Shown here one piece after another: positions 35,067 to 40,480 of a stretch of DNA of 40,480 bases. The position numbers and the translations under genes were made by a program. The stretch is from a virus (taxonomy: Duplodnaviria > Caudoviricetes): IMG/VR virus record IMGVR_UViG_3300048561_000014, positions 1-40,480 of that record. One strand, 5' to 3'. Under the pieces are notes generated by a model. That model saw only the letters and a list, made by a program, of their open reading frames with translations, made no database searches and was not told the origin of the DNA. Each line of letters begins with the position of its first letter. The stretch's first letter is position 1.

Positions 35067-35306
35067 TTATTTCTTTTTATCTGACCATCTGTGGTCTGTT
35101 TCACTTACAGCCTTTCTGAATGGTAAATGAATATACTTTGTTTTAGCATTTATTTCCTGTCCTATTATCTTAGACAGCTTTAGCATTTCTTCCTTAGAGT
35201 CAAAGTGGACAATAATTGATTTGACAGGATTAACATTCTCCTGTACAAACTCAGGCATGCCCTTCCAATGATGCTTAGGGTTAAACTTTTTTTCTTTGTT
35301 TTTCAT
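35067..35306 (-). CDS. Small protein between the two glycosyltransferases (W.GMPEF motif)
   Basis: HWKGMPEFVQE..PVKSIIVHF...IIGQEINAKTKYI. Confidence 0.7.
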   Translation of the reverse strand: MKNKEKKFNPKHHWKGMPEFVQENVNPVKSIIVHFDSKEEMLKLSKIIGQEINAKTKYIHLPFRKAVSETDHRWSDKKK

Positions 35307-35311
35307 AAGGG

Positions 35312-36061
35312 TTAGTTTTTATATTTTGACCATATTTTTCCAAAATTCTTTAAGGCTAGATAGCCTTGGGAATTACGATGTATCTGACATTTAATATCTG
35401 GATTGAGTTTTAGGAACTCGTTGATTGCCTTTATTCTTTTCTCATCATTAGCGTATATCTCATAGTATCCACCTTTTTGCTTTAAAGGTGTTTGAAAAAC
35501 AAATGCGTACTCCTCACACTTTATTGTTTTATAACCATGCTTAAGAACTTGGAGCTGGTAGTCCATGTCCACATACATAGTCCCTCTAAACCTTATGCTA
35601 CTATTAGTTATAAGGAAGAATGAGGTTAATGAAGTGTTGTACCTTATTGGCTTAGTCACAGACTTTAAAAAATTGTCTGTTCTAATACCAGTAATACCTG
35701 CAAGAGTAGTGGAATCAGATATGGATTCAAGAGCCTCAAAAATAAGTTTTAAATCCTTATGGATGATTTTAGATTTATCATGATGAAACACCTTATTAAT
35801 ATCATCATCAAGCTGCCAATGCTTTTTAAACCCATTCTTAGTAGAGTGGTCTATACAAAAGTTTCTGGCATTTGTTGAAGTGCCATAGTTTGATGAGTGC
35901 ATCCTTAAAATGTTTTTATAAGGTACATGCTTACCGTACTCCAAGTACTCGTTTGATTCAACAACCACAAAAAAATTATCGATACCATTAGCCAGCAGCA
36001 ATTTAACGGTTTTTTGATTTGATGCCCTACCTTTACTTGGTATATAGATTGGATATCTCAT
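35312..36061 (-). CDS. Second, divergent TAGT/GREB1-like glycosyltransferase
   Basis: YPIYIPSKGRA, VVVESNEY..Y, ARNFCIDHS, HWQLDDDI, DMDYQLQVLKHG, KGGY. Confidence 0.8.
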   Translation of the reverse strand: MRYPIYIPSKGRASNQKTVKLLLANGIDNFFVVVESNEYLEYGKHVPYKNILRMHSSNYGTSTNARNFCIDHSTKNGFKKHWQLDDDINKVFHHDKSKIIHKDLKLIFEALESISDSTTLAGITGIRTDNFLKSVTKPIRYNTSLTSFFLITNSSIRFRGTMYVDMDYQLQVLKHGYKTIKCEEYAFVFQTPLKQKGGYYEIYANDEKRIKAINEFLKLNPDIKCQIHRNSQGYLALKNFGKIWSKYKN

Positions 36062-36062
36062 A

Positions 36063-37793
36063 TTATTGTTTTAATAGGTTCGTTGCAATTCTTGGCTCTA
36101 CTTTAATCAGTCCAGGCACACCAGTACAGTAGTCAGCAGCTTTTTCCATAATACCTTTAAGCACTTTGAGTGCTTTATTAGCCTGAGATTTTTTAACCTC
36201 CAACACCAACTGGTCATGGAGAGTAAGTACCGGAGTGTTGAAAGGTTCTGGTAATGAAATCATACTTAGCTTCACCATGTTAGCGCCGCAGGATTGTATA
36301 GGATTATTTTTACCAATGTTACTCAGCATCCAATCCTCAGGGTCACGCAATGTGCGCCTACGTTTAAATGGATCGGCTGAATAACTAATGCGGTCACGAA
36401 TAGCAGCATCACCATTCTGCCCCAGCCATCTAGCGAGCTTGGGCACAGAGCGTTTGAATTTATAAACAAGTTTCTGCGCATCCTTCATGCCCATCTTTGT
36501 TTTCTTGGAGATGTTGCCCGGCCCACCACCATAGATAATAGTGAAGTTGGTAACCTTGGCGTACTCGCGCAACTTTGTATGCTCTTTACATTTACACTTC
36601 TTAGGAAACGTGCAGCCCTTTTCGTAACCTTTCACCCACTCATCTTGAAATACCAGTGATGCTGTAAGCGAATGAACGTCCTCGCCACGTAGAATAGCCT
36701 TTATCCATGTTTCTTCTTTAGACGCAGCTGCTGCAATACCAATCTCCTGACTTGAGAAGTCACCGTCAATAAATACATAACCGTTAGCAGGAACAAATGC
36801 AGCGCGGTGCTGCCCGTCCCTAGGTATCTGTTGGAGGTTTGGATGAGAGCACGAGAAGCGGCCAGTGTTTAGTATCTGCTCAAAGTCTGCTCTTACTCTA
36901 TTATCAGGATCAACTGCAGAGCCTTTTTCATCATCTTCAAGCCACTTACTACCGAATGTAGTTGTAGATTGATATACATTACGAGCTTGAGCGAACAGGT
37001 GGAGTGCTTTGTTATTATATACTGGAGTGAGCTCATCAAGTTCTTGCAGTGTAGTTAATGGTATGCCAACACTTTGAAAATACTTCTTTACTTGTTGATG
37101 GCTGTTCCAATTACTGACCTGAGGTGGTAACTTCTTTATAATAGAGTTATACTCTGCTAAGTTTTGTTTGGCAATACTCAACCAGATATTTTTATCAAAG
37201 CCAATCCCACGTGCTACCATATCCACCACAACTTCCACCAATTTATTTTCCAGATGGGCTACACGCATCAAATCAAGTTTAGCAAGTCGATATTCTTGCA
37301 TAGCTTGTAGCTGTAGTAAATAACGAACGTCATCAATAGCATACTCTTTTTCTTCTTTAGTGAGTGGTTTATCTACAGGGCGATTGGCGAACGTTGCGCC
37401 TATTGTTTTATCTAACTTAGCAAGACCGTAACGAGCGAGTGTATATTTAAGTGAAGAACTAAGCTGCTCGCGAATGTTTTCATCTTTCTCAGACCGTGGC
37501 AGGTTGTCACCAAGGATAATCTGCTCCATTAGCCTCGTATCCCATACACTGCGTATGTCTATATTATAAAGCCGCTTAATCCACAACATGTCGAACTTCG
37601 CATTGTGAATGACTTTAGTAGTCTGCGGATCAGATAATAATGGAAAGAGCTGTTTAAAATCCTTTGGCTCATACAACTTAAGAGTTTTACCAGTGTTGAC
37701 CGAGATGCAAAATATTTTGCAATTTTTATCCCAAGGCTTTGGGTGTAGTCCTGTTGTCTCTATATCAATAGCGATGAATGTGCGTTTACTCAT
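36063..37793 (-). CDS. polA: Family A DNA polymerase with 3'-5' exonuclease
   Basis: Exo DIETTG, HNAKFD, YAIDD; TGRFSCSHPNLQQIP; motif A DFSSQE; motif B REYAKVTNFTIIYG; motif C LHDQL. Confidence 0.95.
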   Translation of the reverse strand: MSKRTFIAIDIETTGLHPKPWDKNCKIFCISVNTGKTLKLYEPKDFKQLFPLLSDPQTTKVIHNAKFDMLWIKRLYNIDIRSVWDTRLMEQIILGDNLPRSEKDENIREQLSSSLKYTLARYGLAKLDKTIGATFANRPVDKPLTKEEKEYAIDDVRYLLQLQAMQEYRLAKLDLMRVAHLENKLVEVVVDMVARGIGFDKNIWLSIAKQNLAEYNSIIKKLPPQVSNWNSHQQVKKYFQSVGIPLTTLQELDELTPVYNNKALHLFAQARNVYQSTTTFGSKWLEDDEKGSAVDPDNRVRADFEQILNTGRFSCSHPNLQQIPRDGQHRAAFVPANGYVFIDGDFSSQEIGIAAAASKEETWIKAILRGEDVHSLTASLVFQDEWVKGYEKGCTFPKKCKCKEHTKLREYAKVTNFTIIYGGGPGNISKKTKMGMKDAQKLVYKFKRSVPKLARWLGQNGDAAIRDRISYSADPFKRRRTLRDPEDWMLSNIGKNNPIQSCGANMVKLSMISLPEPFNTPVLTLHDQLVLEVKKSQANKALKVLKGIMEKAADYCTGVPGLIKVEPRIATNLLKQ

Positions 37794-37970
37794 ACGGGGG
37801 TTTTGTTTGCTAGGACTACTATAATACTAAAAAAAGAGCAGACTAAAAAAATTTCTGAAAAAGTAATATTTTATTGTTTTTCCAGAATGTTTTTATATGT
37901 CGAAAAATTTTCTATATTAGTAAACGTTAGCTAACAAAATTTATTATTAACAATTTAAACAAAACGCAAA
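37794..37970. promoter_or_regulatory. AT-rich divergent control region between polA (-) and SSB (+)
   Basis: Strand switch point; non-coding and very AT-rich; exact promoter elements not resolved. Confidence 0.5.
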
Positions 37971-38516
37971 ATGTCAAAAAACGCAAAGGTCGCAAAGTCA
38001 GACAGCTTTATCTCAGATGGTGCAGTATCCGGTGGAGCTGCTAACTATCTCAAGCTGCAAGGTGAAACAACTATCCGTATTATATCTAAGCCTGTTGAAG
38101 GCTGGATTGACTGGGTAGATAAGAAGCCAATTCGTACTCCGTTGTCAGATGGAGAGCCAGAAGCAGCAGACGATGAAAATCCGCCAAAGAAGTTTATTGC
38201 GATGGTAGTGGTAGACTGTGATGATGATTCAATCAAAGTATTGGAACTCACTCAGCAGTCTGTTATTAAAGCCATTCGTGCGCTGGCAGCCAACCCAGCA
38301 TGGGGCAATCCTTTCAGCTACGATTTGAATATTGAGAAGAAAGGTGAGGGATTAAAAACTAAGTACACCGTAACACCATCGCCAAAGAAAGCATTGGGTA
38401 AAGATGTTATCAGGGCAGCGCAAGCCAAACCTTGTAATCTTGAAAAGCTATTCGAAGGTGAGGACCCTTGGAAGGTTGAGAAAGGTGAAGAGGTGACTGA
38501 GTATTTTTTTAAGTAG
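37971..38516 (+). CDS. Single-stranded DNA-binding protein (gp32-like OB fold)
   Basis: YLKL..ETTIRI, KVLELTQQSV, WGNPFSYDLNIEKKGEGLKTKYTVTP; acidic/aromatic C-terminus. Confidence 0.75.
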   Translation: MSKNAKVAKSDSFISDGAVSGGAANYLKLQGETTIRIISKPVEGWIDWVDKKPIRTPLSDGEPEAADDENPPKKFIAMVVVDCDDDSIKVLELTQQSVIKAIRALAANPAWGNPFSYDLNIEKKGEGLKTKYTVTPSPKKALGKDVIRAAQAKPCNLEKLFEGEDPWKVEKGEEVTEYFFK

Positions 38517-38562
38517 AGAACGTGGGTGGTATTTTTTATGTGACCACGGATTGTTAGGGGGT

Positions 38563-38596
38563 GAAGGCGGGGTGGTTCCCGCCTTCTTTATTTTTT
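38563..38596 (+). terminator. Intrinsic terminator after SSB
   Basis: GAAGGCGGG-gtggtt-CCCGCCTTC followed by TTTATTTTTT. Confidence 0.85.
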
Positions 38597-38607
38597 AAAC
38601 TTAGTAT

Positions 38608-39219
38608 ATGACCAAAAATTCTACTGGCTTTGAACCGAGTGATAAATTAGCACTCCAGTACATTAAAGAAAAAGGTTATGCATCTTACAGCTCGCTTAAG
38701 AATGTGCGCGACTGTGTTGACCCAAGTAAAAAAACAAGTGCTGTATGGTTTGATGTGGGAACGGAAGTACATTCAAGGTTCTTGGAAAAAAAGAAACCAA
38801 TTTTAAAACTAAGCACTGAGGATACCAAGTCAGTGGTAGCAATGGTGGAGGCGTTAGAGCTGCACCCAGTAGTTAGGCGACTGATGTTTAAGGCGCAGGT
38901 CGAACAGTATTTCAAACAAAAACTTTGGGGGCTTATGGTGAGTGGTTATATTGATATACTACCACCAAAGGATGTTGCTGATTTAAAAACCACTCGACAT
39001 AAAAACCAACATGACTTTGCAGCTAATATGGATTTCCTACAAGCTGCTATGTATCGCGCGGTTACTAAACGAAAGGACTTTTATTATATTGGTATACAGA
39101 AAGAGAAACCGTTCAACGTATTTATCTTTAATGTTCACCAGTATCCAGATAGAATCAAGCAAGCGGATGAGGAGTTGAAGTATTTAATTAAGTATGTAAA
39201 GAAACAAACAGGACTATGA
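38608..39219 (+). CDS. PD-(D/E)XK exonuclease (RecE/ExoVIII-like)
   Basis: SYSSLK, GTEVH, VEQ, GYIDIL...ADLKTT, QAAMY. Confidence 0.85.
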   Translation: MTKNSTGFEPSDKLALQYIKEKGYASYSSLKNVRDCVDPSKKTSAVWFDVGTEVHSRFLEKKKPILKLSTEDTKSVVAMVEALELHPVVRRLMFKAQVEQYFKQKLWGLMVSGYIDILPPKDVADLKTTRHKNQHDFAANMDFLQAAMYRAVTKRKDFYYIGIQKEKPFNVFIFNVHQYPDRIKQADEELKYLIKYVKKQTGL

Positions 39220-39401
39220 CTACACCACAGAAGATAAAAAGATTGCGGCACTTAAAGCGCAGGAAGGACTACAACTCTATTAAGATGGAGAGAGTGAAGG
39301 CAGCACGTGTGAAGATAGATACTGAGATCAGTAAGATACTATCCTCCATACCATCTAACGACCGCGATCTATACCGCGACCCGCTTAAGAAGCTCGTATG
39401 A
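39216..39401 (+). CDS. Small basic hypothetical protein
   Basis: ATGA-coupled at both ends. Confidence 0.6.
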   Translation: MTTPQKIKRLRHLKRRKDYNSIKMERVKAARVKIDTEISKILSSIPSNDRDLYRDPLKKLV

Positions 39402-39823
39402 TTATACTGGTAGACACGCGCGAACAATTACCATATTGGTCAGAGAACCGAGCCACGTTGATTGTCGGTGATTATACTACCAAGAAGCTGCTTAACTCAT
39501 TTCATATTGAGCGCAAGTCATTACAGGATTTATATGGTACACTAACGAGCGGCAATAACAGGTTCAAGTATGAGCTGTTCCGCGCGGCCTACCACTCTAT
39601 AAGATTGGAAGTATATGTTGAAGGTAGCCGCGCTGATTTTATTAATAAGAATTTTCCAAAAGGTCAAGACCGTAAGTTCAGTACGGATGGCTTAGATAGG
39701 CTCATCAAGACCTTCGAGAAGAAGTATCACCTCACATTCCATTGGTGTAAGAACAGACAGCACACCAAGAAGCTGGTAATGGAAAGACTGGCTACAGAGG
39801 AGCGGAACCCAAAAAAACGCTAA
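39398..39823 (+). CDS. ERCC4-domain nuclease (probable junction resolvase)
   Basis: VDTREQ, GDY, IERKSLQDL, VEG. Confidence 0.9.
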   Translation: MIILVDTREQLPYWSENRATLIVGDYTTKKLLNSFHIERKSLQDLYGTLTSGNNRFKYELFRAAYHSIRLEVYVEGSRADFINKNFPKGQDRKFSTDGLDRLIKTFEKKYHLTFHWCKNRQHTKKLVMERLATEERNPKKR

Positions 39824-39884
39824 AAAGCTCATTTTTAGCCCAAAAACGCATAAAAATATTTTAAAAAAATCTCACTTTTTGTAC

Positions 39885-39912
39885 TTGCCTTAAGGAAAAA
39901 GTAGTACATTTA
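39885..39912 (+). promoter_or_regulatory. Bacteroidota-type promoter candidate for early genes
   Basis: TTG (39885-39887), 17 nt, TACATTTA (39905-39912), one mismatch to TAnnTTTG; A/T-rich upstream tract. Confidence 0.5.
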
Positions 39913-39988
39913 CATATCAGTTAAACGCAACTGAGCTCAGTCAGCAAAAAGATTAATTAAATTCAACTAACAATTAAATACACTCTAT

Positions 39989-40192
39989 ATGAGCAGCGCA
40001 GAAAGAACCGAAATGAGAACACAGTTACTTAACAAACTAAGAACTGCTAACAGTAAAAACAAACAACGTATACATTACAGGGCATTATTAGCCAACGCCT
40101 TAGGTGTAGAATTGACTGAGTCTGAGTTATTCCACTTTAACAGGGTCCAGAAGTCAATGGTTGCAACGGCTAAACATCTAGGCGTTTTATGA
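39989..40192 (+). CDS. Hypothetical early protein
   Basis: 67-aa ORF, first after the promoter candidate. Confidence 0.6.
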   Translation: MSSAERTEMRTQLLNKLRTANSKNKQRIHYRALLANALGVELTESELFHFNRVQKSMVATAKHLGVL

Positions 40193-40380
40193 GCACTCTC
40201 CAATTCACCACAAGTTACCTGCTCCATATCGGAGCGGGTAATTTACATAGCGTTGAGATGTTTGCCTATCTTAATGGTATAACACTCACACCAAATCAGC
40301 TTAGGAAATACATACTTGCTGCGATACGCAAGACAAATAGAAAATTATTAGTTAAACAACTTAATGAACATTCCTTATGA
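40189..40380 (+). CDS. Hypothetical early protein
   Basis: 63-aa ORF, ATGA-coupled at both ends. Confidence 0.6.
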   Translation: MSTLQFTTSYLLHIGAGNLHSVEMFAYLNGITLTPNQLRKYILAAIRKTNRKLLVKQLNEHSL

Positions 40381-40480
40381 CAACTATTGAAATATACGTA
40401 GGCAGTGTGCCTAAGATAAAAGTCGGTGACATGTTTATAATTAAATCGCATTTGTATGAAGTTACTTCTAAAGCAATGGA
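40268..40480. repeat. Terminal direct repeat / circular overlap, right copy
   Basis: ATCTTAATGGTATAAC...AAAGCAATGGA repeats positions 1-214; implies a complete genome of about 40,267 bp. Confidence 0.95.

Noticed and set aside
1-40480. Lysogeny module, canonical tRNA genes or alternative genetic code
   Set aside because: No integrase or CI-like repressor recognised, no complete cloverleaf seen, and core genes are intact in the standard bacterial code with all three stops used

Overview
The window is essentially one complete tailed dsDNA phage genome of about 40.27 kb. Bases 1-214 recur at 40268-40480 with a 1-nt homopolymer indel, so it is a circular assembly overlap or terminal redundancy. 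The host is probably a Bacteroidota bacterium. This is inferred from A-rich non-Shine-Dalgarno start regions, a TTG-N17-TAnnTTTr promoter, Sec leaders cleaved before Gln and a DUF6549-like lysis protein. The + strand arm (37971 through the junction to 6299) carries an SSB, a PD-(D/E)XK exonuclease, an ERCC4 nuclease, small early genes, a Pif1 helicase, RHH and MerR-type regulators and a P-loop kinase. The - strand arm (37793 to 6296) carries PolA, two TAGT/GREB1-like glycosyltransferases with a ParB-like gene, a primpol-SF3 helicase followed by an iteron/palindrome origin candidate, terminases, portal, protease, HK97-type capsid, a siphovirus-type tail, fibre/adhesin genes and lysis genes. No integrase or clear repressor was seen. 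The most striking feature is that four morphogenesis-module proteins have classical Sec/SPase I signal peptides, all ending just before Gln. They are the gene after the major capsid, a tail-fibre-like protein, a beta-helix spike-like protein and a small beta protein. A tail protein and TerL also carry in-frame lipoprotein-like leaders. This suggests an export-dependent (periplasmic) route for making virion accessory parts. Other points: a glycosyltransferase cluster with no visible base-hydroxylating partner, two cassettes flanked by short direct repeats, a repeated TTTAC-N4-GTAAA palindrome around the terminase genes, a tRNA-like RNA lacking a T-arm, and a DUF1541-like domain. All family assignments are from motif recognition by eye, not database searches.
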